Shown: piece by piece, positions 11,815 through 25,393 of the stretch
How the letters are laid out: each line of letters starts with the position of its first letter
How positions within the stretch are numbered: the first letter of the stretch is position 1
Assembly: GCA_973895155.1 (NCBI GenBank)
Contig: OZ316891.1
Coordinates: 5,551,708-5,615,707 of the forward strand
From: Marsupella aquatica
Lineage: Eukaryota > Plantae > Marchantiophyta
Reading direction: 5' to 3'
Length of the DNA stretch: 64,000 nucleotides
Made by a program: the position numbers and the translations under genes
Notes under the pieces: model-generated
Told to the model about the DNA's origin: nothing
Seen by the model: the letters and a program-made list of their open reading frames with translations, nothing else
Database searches by the model: none

Positions 11815-14555
11815 TTAGGTCGAGGCCACTAGAAGCTGCTGCTTGTTATACTCCTCCATCGCCGCTTTGTATGACTCCCTTGCTGTCGCGGCTTTGTCTG
11901 CCCAGACTTGTTTCTCCGCCTCTGGGAGTTCCTGTCATAGGAAGAAATGGAAGTCAATCGAGGAATCTAGCTCATCGAGATGTTCAGGTCAGGTAGCGAA
12001 CGGACAATACGCGAAGCAAGAAGCCACTCCTTACCTGCCATCTCACGGCCAGCGTTGCGTTCATTTCAGAAAAGCTTGCATTGGGCTTCTCCTGCTGTAT
12101 CAACTTCCGATTCTCCATCCTGTTTGAGAGGGGTGATATTTTGTATCAGCTACTGGACTGGTTAATATCTATATACCAAACCTTTGCTCTCATTTACTAC
12201 TTACAGAAAGAGTATTACTTACACAAAGAGTATATACGACGTGAGAGGTTTCTTCGGCTTGTTGGGATCGACTGGTTCAGCCTTCGTGCGCTTCTTCTTT
12301 TGTTTCTCGTCCTTAATATTCTGTCAGCAAAAGAAGGGCGAGTTAGGATCCATTCATTTAATTTAAGGTAAGGTTGCCGAGCAAAGTGAATCACTGGGAA
12401 GCCACCTTCTTTGCTTGGTCAATTTGTTCTCTCTGCTTCAGCAACTGCATCCCTTGAGCTTTGTGAACCAACGCCTGTTCCTTTGACAGCTCCTCGGCTG
12501 CCTCCAGTTCCTACAATTACAACACAAATAAATTGAACAACCAGGAAAGGACACATTCTTGTCATCAACCAAAACATTCTCATTCAAATGGTACTCCCCA
12601 GAGAGACATTCACTAACCGCAGCTTTTTCAAGCTTGTAAGGCTCCAGCTCCGTTGCGTAACGAACTTTATCCTCCGCAGCTACCTGGGAGAAAGAGCCAG
12701 CAAACCTTAGAATCGGCAAGAACACCTTAAATAAAGCGGCACACTCAAACCCGTGGGAGGTAGAAAGGTACCTTTTCATATTTCTCCCGACTTTTCTCAT
12801 CCAGAGCTTTCCATTCTTCACCCAGACGCCGACCGATCTGGATACAGGAAGCAGTATTAGTAAACTTCGCAATTGAATTGAGTAAGAGCTAAGTTGCGAC
12901 ACAAACAACGATGATGACGGCCTCACCTCAGGAATCCTCAAGTTATCAGCCAACATCTTCGGCCTTCGTTCATTGCAAAACACAAAATACGCTGATACAG
13001 GCTTCTTCGGCTTGCGAGGATCCTTCTCCTTCCTGCACAAAACACAACAAGCAAGTCAGTGGAGGTTCAGATGCAATCCTGAGCTTCGAAAAGAGGAGCA
13101 GGATCGCTCTATCGCACGATACTTAGATGGGCCGAAGCCATTGGGAAACTCACTTTTTCTTCTTCCCCTCTTCACTATCTTCCTCCTGCAACACAGTAAA
13201 AGTCCCTACACATTAGAGACAGCGATGTGGAGATCAGGATGACAGCTTAAAGCAGCATGAATGTCAAAAGGGAACATCACGTGGCGGGGTGTAGAACATA
13301 CACTCTTAAAGCGAAGGTACTGCTCCAGAAACTCTACGGCGACCTTCTTGTTGTGCTCCTCTTCGTAGATTTTCAGAGCTTCCACTTCACGCTTCTCTTG
13401 GCCAACTATCTGTACGCACCAATGTGTTAGATAGAGCATAGAAGCCCAAACACAGTACTGCCAGCAGAGCAAAAAGCCGAACCCCTCCTTTCTGGAAAGG
13501 AGTGTACCTTCAAATAAACCTTTTTCTCAACTTCGTAACGTTCAGCGTATGGCTTCCTTTCCTCCTCTGGCACCGTCTTCCATGTATCGCCCAATATTTT
13601 GCTCACCTCTGCAAATGTCGCCTCTGGATGGTCCTTCCTTATCTGTAAACGGTATCACGAGTTCAGAAGGGGCCTACGGTAGGAAAGCCAAAAGGAAAAT
13701 TTTCGTGGAGAACTTTGTAAAATGATAGACCAAGGAACGAACCTGTTCCCTTTGATCCTTTGCCCACAGCAGGAAAGGTGTCTGGGGCCGTTTAATATGC
13801 TTCAGATGTTTCTTCGTGTCCTTCGTTGCTGCGGAGGCGTTTAAGGGAAGATCCTGCAAATAGGCTCCAAATCACGACGTCAAAACGTCTAGACCGATGT
13901 ACGCTGGGACACAATGTGCAGACACTAACGTCAAAACGTCTAGACCGATGTACGCTGGGACACAATGAGCAGACACTAACGACGGTAACACTGCCACTCG
14001 AGATCTTCAGTCGAAGCCCATACTCCAGAGCAGTACGTAGGTTCGACAACTAACCCAATGCAACTCCGAAAAGGAGAATTAACATAATCTATAGCAGGCA
14101 TTTCAGTATTCAAAGTCTGCTACAATATTACCGGAACTATTTGCAATTAAGGAAACCACGTTACTCACTAGTGTGGGCTGGAACTCTTTCATTTTCTGAA
14201 GTTTCCGGACTTTCTCCGTGAGCTTCTTTTGCTCCTGTTCTTTGGTTTCAAGAAGACCCTGAAGTCGTAACTCTTCAGCATTTTTCTGCTCGAGCTGTGC
14301 GTCACGTTCCTTCAAAAGTTGTTCTGCCTTCTCCTTCTCAAGGCTAATCATCTTCATCTTCTTGGTCATCTCGTCGAGCTCGTCAGCGAGAGAAACCGCC
14401 TGCTTACGGATACCCACAGCCTTAATCTTTCCATTTGCCTTCGAAATATTTTCTTTCTCAAGAAGGGGCCCCTGGGCTACATCTCCTGTGTAGACAGCAT
14501 TTTCTTTGTCTGCGTCCCCAGCTTTGGACCTCGCCTTGCTAGTCCCACGAGGCAT
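11815..14555 (-). CDS. 3xHMG-box protein (HMGB6/HMGB13-like). Exons 14555-14169, 13853-13743, 13642-13508, 13409-13302, 13185-13154, 13032-12927, 12837-12772, 12683-12618, 12510-12406, 12320-12223, 12119-12035, 11931-11815
   Basis: Basic/coiled-coil N-terminus with a KEN-like DKENA motif and QKMKEFQPT, then three HMG boxes (KRPQTPFLLW...W, KPKKPVSAYFVF...W, KPKKPLTSYILF...W). All introns GT-AG and frame-consistent. Confidence 0.93.
13877..13980. repeat. 51-bp tandem duplication in intron 1 of the HMG gene
   Basis: acgtcaaaacgtctagaccgatgtacgctgggacacaatg(t/a)gcagacacta x2. Confidence 0.9.
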
Positions 14556-15819
14556 GTTCACGTTGTAGATTAGAAGTCGTTGCTCGATTTAGAAGAAGCA
14601 CTGCACAATCAACAAGAACAGTGGGAATCAAGATGGCTTCAAAATTTGCGGCCGGGATGAAGTGAACAAGAATGCAATGCAATTTACTGCTGAAAAAGAG
14701 AGAGTGAAGGGCACACTAAAATTGAACGCAGACGTCAGAGTGACGTTTATAAGGATTGAGTCGTCAGTCGCGGGTTTGATGGTGCGCAAGGCTGATGTAT
14801 TTGACGGGTAAGGATACACAGAAGTACGACAAGACTACAGTAAAATCCTCCAAGATACAAAAACGTGATCAGCAGCAATTATGAAGTAAATCACCGCCGA
14901 CTTTTCGTCAAGATATGACGCTAGGTGGCTTTAACAGAGCCACAAAATTGACAACCACGAAATACAAAATCTACAATACTAACGAGTAGTATCCACTGAG
15001 AAATTGTACAAGCAGAGTACGGTGAAAACAAGACGTCCAAACTTCTTAGACAATCCTTTAAGTAGCAATTAGAGGTCCGCATGCGGAGAATCACGATGAG
15101 AGGCTTTCTTCTCGTTCAGTGGCACCACTCGGAAATACTTTGCATACGAGAAGAAAGCCTCAGAAGTATTGCAAACTATTTCCGAAACTATGGTTCCAAT
15201 GCAAGTTCACAATCGCAAGATACTCGTCAGCCCCCACAATGAAGTATTGGATTGGATCCAATACTCTTCATCATACCGGCGCATGCAGAAAGGATCGGGC
15301 CTCCACATTCCGAAGGTGATTACAGGAGACACCGAGATCGATCCTACCACTACCTTACTTCGCAAATGAGAGAGGACCAGAGTACCAACCTGCCTGCAGC
15401 TCACGACGGAAAATGGAGCTTCTCTCCCAAGAGACGACGGTAATTGTTCGATCGCAGAAAACACTCGGCCAAAAGTTGCATAACTAAGAGCTAAACACTT
15501 TCCAAAATGAACAGCAACTCTCCCAAGAGACGAGGATAATGGTCGATTGCAGAAACGACGCCTAGGCCAAAAGTTGCACAGCAAAGAGCGAAGTAGTGTA
15601 CAAAATGCACAGCGACTGCATCATCATTCAGCAAGACGAAACATCAAACCGGGCGAGCTCCAAGACCTTCTCCGTCACGGTGACAATGTGGCTACTGCCT
15701 TTGGCCACAGAGCTCCTTCAAATGCGACGAAGAGAAAAGGAGCATCGAAACAAAGCATTCATCGCCCATTGGAGAAGCGCGGGGGGACGCCTTCGTCGGG
15801 TGACCGATCGAAGAGGAGC

Positions 15820-16026
15820 TTTTTTAAATTTCAAATGTGGGCATGCAAACAAGGAGAGAGCCGTAGGGGTTCGGGGCTCAGAGCAACACCAGGCCTGGTA
15901 ATTGGCTCGGCTTTAGCCGTGGGTGAGCGGATCGCCCCTGGGTGCTTTTGAACTAACCAGGCCTGGTAATTGGCTCGGCTTTAGCCGTGGGTGAGCGGAT
16001 CGGGCCTCTGGGTGCTCTTGGACTAG
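15820..16026 (-). promoter_or_regulatory. Putative G2/M promoter of the 3xHMG-box gene, containing a 68-bp tandem duplication
   Basis: Minus strand carries TTTGAA/TTTAAA (CHR-like) at about 15822-15836, MSA-like CCTACGGCT and two CCCACGGCT, and two CCAAT boxes. Unit 15888-15955 is repeated from 15956. Confidence 0.45.
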
Positions 16027-16544
16027 TCTATAGTCTATAGTCTATACCCACTTAAAACACAAATGGCCAGAGGGCATTAGAAAAACTAGCCCGATTACCA
16101 GATCGAGAAAACAACCCAAGAGTTCTTGTAAACAAAAAGTATTTTATTTTATTTCTCGTGTATCTTCACCCCCATCCTACCCATATTTTTTGCTCACATT
16201 CAGTTTTGTCCTTATTGAGAGTTATTTGAGTTATTGTTGTCTTGCGCGTGACAGTCTTCAAATTATCTACCCTCTAAGTGATCAGGTGGGACCTTTGGAA
16301 TGAGCAAGAGTTTACACTGGCACCCCCCTCCTGAGCCAGTCCTCACTGTCTGCTATACTTGTGTAATTTCAAGTGTAAGGTCCAGTCTTTTGAAAATCAG
16401 CATGGACAATAATGATAAAAACAGAGACATTAAAAGTACTCTCTACTCCTTACACGTAGCAGTTGACTAGAGAATCGACATCCGGCAATTTAGGGAGTGC
16501 AAAGGGCCAATTGTTTGAAGACCTCACACATGCAGGATAGCCCT

Positions 16545-17358
16545 TACTAGAACCGCATGTTAAATCTACAACGCATTAATGCTCCCCCATTTTCCTGAGC
16601 CCTGTACACTGCCTGTCCCAACCCCCGATATTGTTGCCCGCTCCCGCCCAAGTTTGTCAAAACATAAACCAAGACTCTACCATTTTGTCACCCATTCCGG
16701 CCAAAGCAACTTTCTACCATCAACTCAGGGTTTATGTTTTGGCATCTTTCACTTGTTGTCGCCTGCTCTGGCCCAATGTACTTTGTGCCATCAACTTCTT
16801 CCTTGTGAAATTGTGGTTTATGTTCTCGCAACACTTTCCTCCAACGGAGTCATCTTTGTTTTGTACCAATTAAAGTCTAAGTGTTGCAGAGCCTAGTACT
16901 TTGGTTAAGAGTAAAGATTAATAGAGTCTTGGTTAATGTTTTGTCAAATGTTTCTTCTCGCTGGAGTTGTGGTTTATGTTTTGACGACTATTCTTTCCAA
17001 TGGATTCATGTGTGTTTAGTAATAGAGTTTAAGTGTTCAGGCAAAGCCTGTACTTTGGATAAGAGTCAATCATGATTAATGATAGAATCTTGGTTTACTT
17101 TTTGACAAACTTGGGCCCAAGTGGGTAGCAGCATCGGGGACTTGGGCCGGAGAGGGCGACAACAAGTGAAGGTTGCCAGAACAGAAACCTGAAGTCAATG
17201 GCACAAAGTTGATCAGGCTAGAGCGGACGACAAAATGGTAGAGTCTTGCTTTATGTTTTGGCAAACTCGGGCCGGAGCCGGCAGCAGCTGCGGGGACTGG
17301 GATGGGCAATGCACGGGGCCCCGAGAAAATGGGGGAGCATTAACGCGCGGTCTTAGTA
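16545..17358. mobile_element. Non-autonomous foldback DNA transposon/MITE with about 200-bp inverted arms
   Basis: 16576-16776 is the reverse complement of 17141-17343 (ttaatgctcccccatttt...aaaacataaa.caagactctaccattttgtc...ttcacttgttgtcgcc). Outer ends read TACTAGAACCGC / TACTAAGACCGC (CACTA-like). No clean TSD seen. Confidence 0.8.
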
Positions 17359-18060
17359 GACCATAGCCCTGGAAAGTAGCTTTGCACTGTGCTTTCTTAG
17401 TGAGATGTGGTATTTGTTAGCTTGTCTTTTTTGTTTTAAATCCCCACTCCCATCAATTTTGGAGAGGACATATAGTGCATTTTTTGTACTCTCTTCATAA
17501 CATTGTTAATTTATTGTAGTAACCTCGATCCAGCAGGTTTTTCTTTTCGGACAGTGGTGGTATAATAAAGTAACCTCTTGTCTAGTTTAATTCCAGTAGT
17601 ACTTTGCCATCTTTTTCCACCTGAGTTCCAGGCATGAGCCAATGAATATCTTGCAAGAATTATGAGTTGAACGTCTAAAACTACCCTCAACCCTGGTCCA
17701 TCCAGCTACTGCCCTCCACCTTGGGTGTGACTCTTGTGCCTTCATCCTATCCCAACCCATTTTGCTCCTGGTCACCTTTAACCTGTGACGAGAAGAGACC
17801 CACTCCCAAGTTGCAAGAAGGCGGAAATGAGCACGTTAGGATCGACTAGGTTTCAGACATCTGAAATAAAATCAGCCATACTTGGATTGTTTTTGAGCTA
17901 ACCTGATCAGTTTGCTTAACTCTGGTCAAGAAGATGGTAAATATATATTTTGACAAAAGGATGGAAATCTAGTAAATCTCAGTTAGAAAACATAACAAAG
18001 GTGGTGCTTCAACACTCAAAGTTAACATTTTATTTTTTGCAAGTTGAATACCAAGCTAAT

Positions 18061-20644
18061 TGTCACCTGCTTATCAAACGATTTACACGACAAATACGTG
18101 TTTCCTCCTACTAAAATTGTTTGTTATCGTATGACGGGAATGTGGAGGGACACTATTAGGATTCTATTGCATGTAGGATGAGTATGTTTGATTCCGCTCC
18201 CAGAAGTGTAATTTTTTATCAAGCATACCGACTAGCCTCTCTACTTTTGATCAAGTCCCATGGACTACACCACACACACTCCTAGTACTGGTCGTTGGTG
18301 GAGTGTTGTCACCACCCCTCCTACTCACATGGTTGACCAAACCGTGCAAGGATTCCTTAGACACTTCTTGGGGAAAGAACACAATCGTGAACCAGAAAAG
18401 ATAACACCACACCAAAACTTGAGGAATCAAACCAAATCCATATATTTTGGCAAAACGTCGTAACACATTGCAAGGACAACCCGGCCTCCTGCCGTCTGCC
18501 CAACTCCTACCTCACTGGGGCAAGTGCTACACCTCTACCTCACCACTCTGGCTTGATTCCCTCTTCTGGCTATGAGCTAACTTCCCTAAAACCAACACTA
18601 GACTGAGTTCCCCCCCACTACTCTAGGGCTCTCCCCCTAAATACTCAAAACAACACACCAAAGCACCCCTCACGGGGTCACAAGGATGGCGGCTACCCTA
18701 GCGGCGCCGCTAAAACCTTCACGAAAGAAATCCCTAATCCTAAAGCATGCGGCACACACATGCTCCTAAAACCCTAATCTAACAATGGGACCGACGGTGC
18801 CCCAACATTGCTCAGTGAACCGCGAAAATGCAAGGGACCCCACAATTGCCGAAACTAGGTGCCACTCTGATTGCACCTCTGAGCTTACCCCTGGGTAGCC
18901 CTACTCCCCCTGATCATGAATCACAAAACCGCTCCCGAAACGGACGTCGAATGACCAAGTTATGGCCATTTCAGTTTCACTTACTTACCAACTTCGTCGG
19001 GCCCTAACTTACTCATCCTGACTCCGTTTGAGGAGCGCCGCCTCTTGTTGGAATCAGCTCCGCGATCTCTTTCCAACAAGCCCGTGAGTGCACCTTTCCA
19101 AAAAGTTTTCAAAGTGAAGAGGTCGTACGACCAAGTCTGTAGGCTACCCTAGTCCTCCTCCTCCTCACTCACGGTGCCGTGGCTTGAGCCCCGTGAGTTG
19201 GTCTCCTCATCAGTCCTCCTCCTCACTCACGGTGCCCTGGCTTGAGCCCCGTGAGTTGGTGTCCTCATCAGTCCATTGGAGTGGATACCGCTCCGCTAAA
19301 CAAGGACTCACTTGAGTCCACCACCTCCTATCCTATCTATCTACCCTACCTACCAGCCTCAATCCTCCTAATCGCCACCACCGGTCCGTTGTAAAAGGAG
19401 GGGGCCCCTATAATTGTCGAAACTAAAATTTTCTCAGAATTCACTTCTCAAAACATATCTGAGGAGCCCTCCTCTTCCTGATCACGGCTCCGTAAACGGT
19501 GCACAAAACGGAGGTCAAACGGCCAAGATATGATCATTTAACTTTTCACGGGCACAGTCCCCCTCCGTTTCGTTCGTACAACACCAGGGGCCCCGGCTTT
19601 GCAAAACACGGATCACGGGTTCTCCGTATGTGCTGCTACCTCCTCCTTCCCTTGCAAAGCCGGGACCTCTTTCCTTACGGACGTCCGTACGGCCTCAAAA
19701 CCCATGTATTCTCAAAAAACGCGATATGTTGTATCTCCCCCGTCTTAGCTCCGTTTTGGCCGTGTGACACATCTTTGGATTCAGCTCGACGAGCTCTTTC
19801 CAAAGAGCCCGTAGACTCCTGATTTTGAGATGGTCAAAAATCCAATGGTCATACAATCAGGGTCCGTACACACGTTGAAAGCAAGCACAAGAGAGAAAGG
19901 GTTTAGGGTGTAGGTATGGGTGAAAACCCCACAAGTGAGAATAGAGAAAAAGGGAAAGAAGAAAGTGTGAAGGCCCCTTCTATGGATGTGTTCTTCTACG
20001 GAGTGCCCCTCTACGGAGTGGGGAAGGGAAAGAGAGCAAAAAACCATGTGAGAACCACACAAAGGATGAAGGGGAACACAAGTGTAGGAACCCCTTCCTT
20101 CTAAGGGCCCTCCCACCATCACTACTCCAAGATTGCCTAGTTTGCCGTTTTACGTGCATTGAGGTCCTTCAAGATGTCACTGTTTGATATAGACCTAAAA
20201 TCAACTAGAGAACCTCAGTTTCGCATGAGGCTCATTGAGGGCTTCAAAATGAATCCAAACATGACCATGTTTGGAATAGTACTAGCGCAGTAACGTCTAT
20301 TTTAAGTTTCAACATTTTCTATATTTTGGTCATACTTCCCGTTTTGCGCCTTACGTGGAGACTCTGACCAGCCCCCACCCCTCCAAGATGCCCACACCTT
20401 GGCTCCAAGTACTTGGGCTGCCTTGTGGCCTCCTTGTACCCCCTCAATGGTTTCCTTGTCATCCATCACCACCCGCCACCCCTCTCAACTCCGGCCTCCG
20501 GTTGTCGCATCAATTTATTGGAACTAACAAAAATAAAAAAAATTTGAAAATCCAAACACTTTTACTACACCTATTTGTCTTTCTACTTATATACATAATT
20601 ATAAGTCATCACTAAGTTACTACCAAGTTTGGGGCCCTGTCACA
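18061..20644. mobile_element. Solo LTR (2584 bp), probably Ty3/gypsy
   Basis: Starts TGTCAC, ends TGTCACA, flanked by 5-bp TSD CTAAT (18056-18060 and 20645-20649). No coding capacity. Internal about 60-bp duplication at about 19151-19272. Confidence 0.8.
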
Positions 20645-21411
20645 CTAATGCATATGAAAGTGTTCCCTTTAACCAAGACTCCCCATGCCCATATTTCCTA
20701 CTCACAAACATAGTCTAAATATAGACATTTCTCTTCCCATATAAATTACATCCCTGAGCTTTGTTCTACAGAGTACCTCATGATCCATACACATAGATCA
20801 CTAAATATTGTATGGACTAGCTCAATGCCCATATGTTGCACGGAACTGACTATAGTAAGCTACAGTAGTTATGTTGGGCAGAACTGTTGTATTGGGCAGA
20901 AGACCGGCTCGGGAAGAGTAGCCTACCAGGGAGAAGAAGGAAGGTAGAAAGAAACAAGATTTGCTTGTGGAGGCCAAGCTTGTGATAGAAGGATTGCTGC
21001 AGGAGAAGATCAAGATTAATAAGTTGAAGAGGGCCAGGAGACCTGGGCTGGGGCAAGAGACCTGGGCTGCATCACAAAGTAAGCAGTCAAAGAGCATTTA
21101 GAAAAATCCTCAATCTGCCTAATTGGCCCAAGCAACATTCAGTAGAGTAATTTTTAGTTGAAACTATGAGAATAGCGTAGCTCACCCACTTTTCTTTTAC
21201 TGTGATGATAATTACACTCATATGATCAATAGCAATGAACATGATTGATGCAAATTCATTTGGTATTCAACATGTTTTTGTAAGCCACCAGCCAAACCAG
21301 GGAATTGGTTAGTTTTAATCTTGATCACATGTGGCAATTTTGAAGTACTTTTTGACTCAACAGAAATGTGCTTAAGGTTGGTGATTGCTTTGTACAACAT
21401 AATGCTTAGAC

Positions 21412-21525
21412 TGCCCAAAGAGGCAACTCACTTGGTTGAGACTCATAGGTCTAGAGTTCAAATCTTGTGCCCAAAGAGGCAGCTCACTTGGTTGAGACTC
21501 ATAGGTCTAGAGTTCAAATCTTGTG
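21412..21525. repeat. 56-bp tandem duplication
   Basis: tgcccaaagaggca(a/g)ctcacttggttgagactcataggtctagagttcaaatcttg x2. Confidence 0.9.
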
Positions 21526-24389
21526 GTTGACTGTTCACTTTCTGTGGGGATTCACAAATTTCCCCTTAAAATATTTTATTAAAAAAAATTTAAAAATTCC
21601 ATTTAGACCTGAAGCTATTGTTTTGTTTTAGAAACCTTTGCTAAAAGGCAACTTTTGCTTATCTAATTGCCTTCTCTAGTTCTCAAACTCTCATGCATAG
21701 TCACCAGCCAATGCAGCTCCAAAAGCTTATTTGCAATTTGTTCACACTGTATGACTTCACTCAGATCATTTCACCTTTGTTGCAGAAAATTGGCTATTAG
21801 TGCTACAGCATGAAAAGCTCCTTAAATTTGTATGTTTGCATGTCATACCCTTCATCCATTGTCTCCACTTGTGCTTCAACACTCCATTTCATTAAGCTTT
21901 GATTCTATATCTTGCATGCATCTTGTTCCAAATTTTTACAGTACTTGCATTCATGCCTTGTGCATCCTAAGTTACACCAGACTTGCACATGATGAAAGAT
22001 CTTCCACCAGCATGTCTAGGATCCCCCAACAAGGTAAGTATGGATGGTAGCCATTTGTATGGGCAAACAAATTGCACCAACTCTAACAAAGATCATTGTT
22101 AGACTTCAAATGTTAATATCATAGAATGAATTGGTGTGGCCTTTGTCAAGACAAGAGCCTGTAACAATCAACAACTACAATATTATTCATTCAAGAAGTA
22201 TATTTCTTACAGCCCTGGAAATTATCATTTGGCATTCATTGTTCCATGGTCTGCAAACCTTGACTAGTGTACCATCTATGATGCCAGCATATCCAAGCCA
22301 ATCAAGGTTGTGTGGTGCCAATTTGCTTTGCTGTTGAACCGATGGCCAGTAAATCTCAGCATTGAGTGACACTTTTAGCATGATGCTACAAAGTAAGCAT
22401 TGTCAACACAAACTTCCATTGAAAACAATTGTAAAACAAGTTGTTTTTGAGTTTAATACATAACAAAAATTCAGCAGACGTTCTTCAAGGCTGGTTAGTC
22501 GGGTGACCCACGATGTAGTGCATTTCTCCTATCAATCTTGCATGTGTTGCAATTTATTTAGTGAGAAGACAAAGAGTACACACATATGCTCGATCACTCT
22601 AGTTGGTTAACTTTTTGACACATAGGGGCAAGTTCTTCATGCTCTGCAGCACTTCCTTACCTCCAAGTAGGGGATCATTATACATTTCGCATTTATTTCT
22701 CAGGGTGAAGTGAAACAAACATGGATTTTTGGTCCTCTTAGTTTACAAAAATCTTTATTGTCTGCATGCATTTGAACAACTAATTAGTTCCAGGACACCC
22801 TAGTTAGATAAATGTAAGACAGTTGAACAAGTTCACTTGGAGCAATGAAGAATACATATCCTCTTCCGTTTTTATTGTATGTGCAAATAGATGTATGTCA
22901 AAATAGGTTGCATTTTATAGATATGTGATTCATTGCAGAGATTAGGTTGAGAAAAAATACCATCTAGAAGTATCAGTGAAGCTTGCCACAATAGGGCTGA
23001 ATTAACATGTAAAATGAGGTTAAGATCCTATCTTGGACAGTTCAATAGGTACATTTTAAGATTGTTGGTAGTCAAGTTCTTGATTGTGAAAGTACAATGA
23101 TTCTATTAAAGATCCAATGTGGAGCAATCAGAAAAAAAACACCAAAAGAGGTAGTCTAAAAACTTATACTGGGCGCAGTGTCTCATTTCCAACCAAAATC
23201 ATAGGTCTATAGATCTGACAGAACTGGTGGTCCTGCCGCATAAGATTTTGATGGGCCCCAAAATGCCATCTACTATTGTGCCCAACCCAAAAGTGACCCT
23301 GTACATGGTCTTCTTTCATGTATTGTGAAAGACTCCATTCCAGAAAAATCTATGGTTGAGATTTGATCTTCTTAAAACAAAAATACTGGCCCCTCTTCAT
23401 GTAAAGCCACACTAGTTTCATTTAATATACCTATTCATATGGGAAGAAGCCACTATGTACACTATTGAGAAGAGCACATATCTATTAGACATATTTGTTA
23501 AAACATTGCAATTATGGAGTCAAGCCACATATTTGGGTAGTGCTTGGCAATGGAACAATGAACTGCACCAATTTAGAAAGTCCAACTGAGCAATCAAGAA
23601 CTATAATGACATGTTGTGCCTTTTTTTTGCAGTGGTAGTCTTTTGAATTTACAGGACCCAAAGAATAAAGAATTTGACAAAGACAAGGAATAACCCTAAA
23701 ATTAGTTACATTTAGTGTAAAGAAACTAATGAAAAGAGCGGCACTCCAAGCAAGAAAACTAAGGGAGCTATCCAAGCAACAAAAGGGAGCTGCAAATTGA
23801 TGCACAAGAATCAAGTCCTCCCTCTACCATTCTTTACCCTATAATACCTATTTCAGATTGTCTTTGTATAAACTAATAATTAAACAAGAACCAATCTTAA
23901 TCCTTCATCAAAAGTATTGTTTTTTTAATACACTTAGATATATCCATACACTCCATCTAAGATAAATGTTTGCCCAAGCTATCCTTTAGCCTGCCTGCAC
24001 CTGTCCAAGATAATACAATTAATTAAAAAGTTATATTTAAATTATAAAATTGAGAAAAAACTTTGAAAATTTTGAAATACTTTGAATATAAATTAAATAT
24101 GAAATATTTATCTCTCTCTAAATTTTAAATTAAAAAACTGATTTCTTTCCTGTCACTTGATTGTGCTTGGACTGATTGATGCAATGGGAGCTATCTCTTG
24201 TCTCCAATTTCTATGTGCAACATGAGTAATAGAACATGACCACAAAGTGTATGGCCAGGATCACAAATAACATGTCTCAATAACCACATTACAAAGCTTA
24301 TAATTGTTTGTCCCCCCATGATATATTTTCTCCCATAAATATATTTTTCTAGTCTTTACATATTTATCTCAGCCCACCGACATTTTTTC

Positions 24390-25201
24390 CTTGTCTTGCC
24401 ATTTTTTCTCATCTCATCACCTTTATCTCACCAAAACTTTTGTTCTCACCCTTGACATCTTTTCTCTCCTGGAGATTTTTTTTCACCTTGACATCTTTGT
24501 TCACCTTGACATCTTATCTTTTTCTCATCTTGTCATATTTTTTCTCACTTTGACATCTTTATCTCACCATGACATACTTCCCTCACTTTTACATCTATTC
24601 TCTTCTCAACATCTTTTCTTTATCTTGACATCTTTTCCTTACCTTGCCATCTTTTCTCTCCTCGACATAATTTGCTCACCTCAGTTTCATTTCTTCATAT
24701 TGATATTTTTTTCTCTCATTGACATCTTTTTAAAACTTGACATCTTCACAAGGCCAGAATGTACTTGAATGACAACATCTTTGACAAATGACATATTTTA
24801 CTTATTGACCATGTTTTGTAACAACATCTTTACACAAGTTTAACAATATCTTTGGCATAACAACATCATTGGTGACACAACATCTATTTAGTTGACGATA
24901 ACTTTTTACTTGACAATATCTTGGGTGACACAACATCTATTGTCTTGACGACAAATTTTTACTTGACAATATCTTGGGCAACATGACAACTTTGGTGAAA
25001 CAACTTCTTTTTTCTTAACATCTTTTACTTAAAACATTATTCACATAACAACATCTTGGGCAACACCTCGGGAAACACAACATTGTTTTTCTTAACTACA
25101 TCTTGGGTGACATTACATCTTTTTTCTTAACAAGATCTTGGGCGACATGACATATTTTTTTCTCATGACATAATTTGTGCAACGCACAAGTATTGAGCTA
25201 G
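24390..25201 (+). mobile_element. Helitron-like 3' terminal region with a degenerate internal minisatellite (cttgacatcttt / acaacatctt motifs)
   Basis: Hairpin TTGTGC-AAC-GCACAA (25175-25189), then CTAG (25198-25201) 8 nt later, followed by T. This is the canonical Helitron 3' end. 5' TC end not identified. Confidence 0.6.
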
Positions 25202-25393
25202 TCTACTAGTAATTCGTGAATGGAAGTTACTTTTAAGGTCTACTGTCTAGTGTGAAGACTCTATTGTAGATTGTGACTCTACTTTAATTCACAAAACACA
25301 TAGGGAAGAATGAACCAATACAGCCAAGAATCGTTTTTGTGCAATGCACTTTTTTGTCCTCATGTGGCTCTTTCCGTTCTAGGAAATGGTAGT

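Noticed and set aside
17587-17775. Trp/Arg-rich ORF, possibly a LINE ORF2 remnant
   Set aside because: Too short and degenerate to assign.
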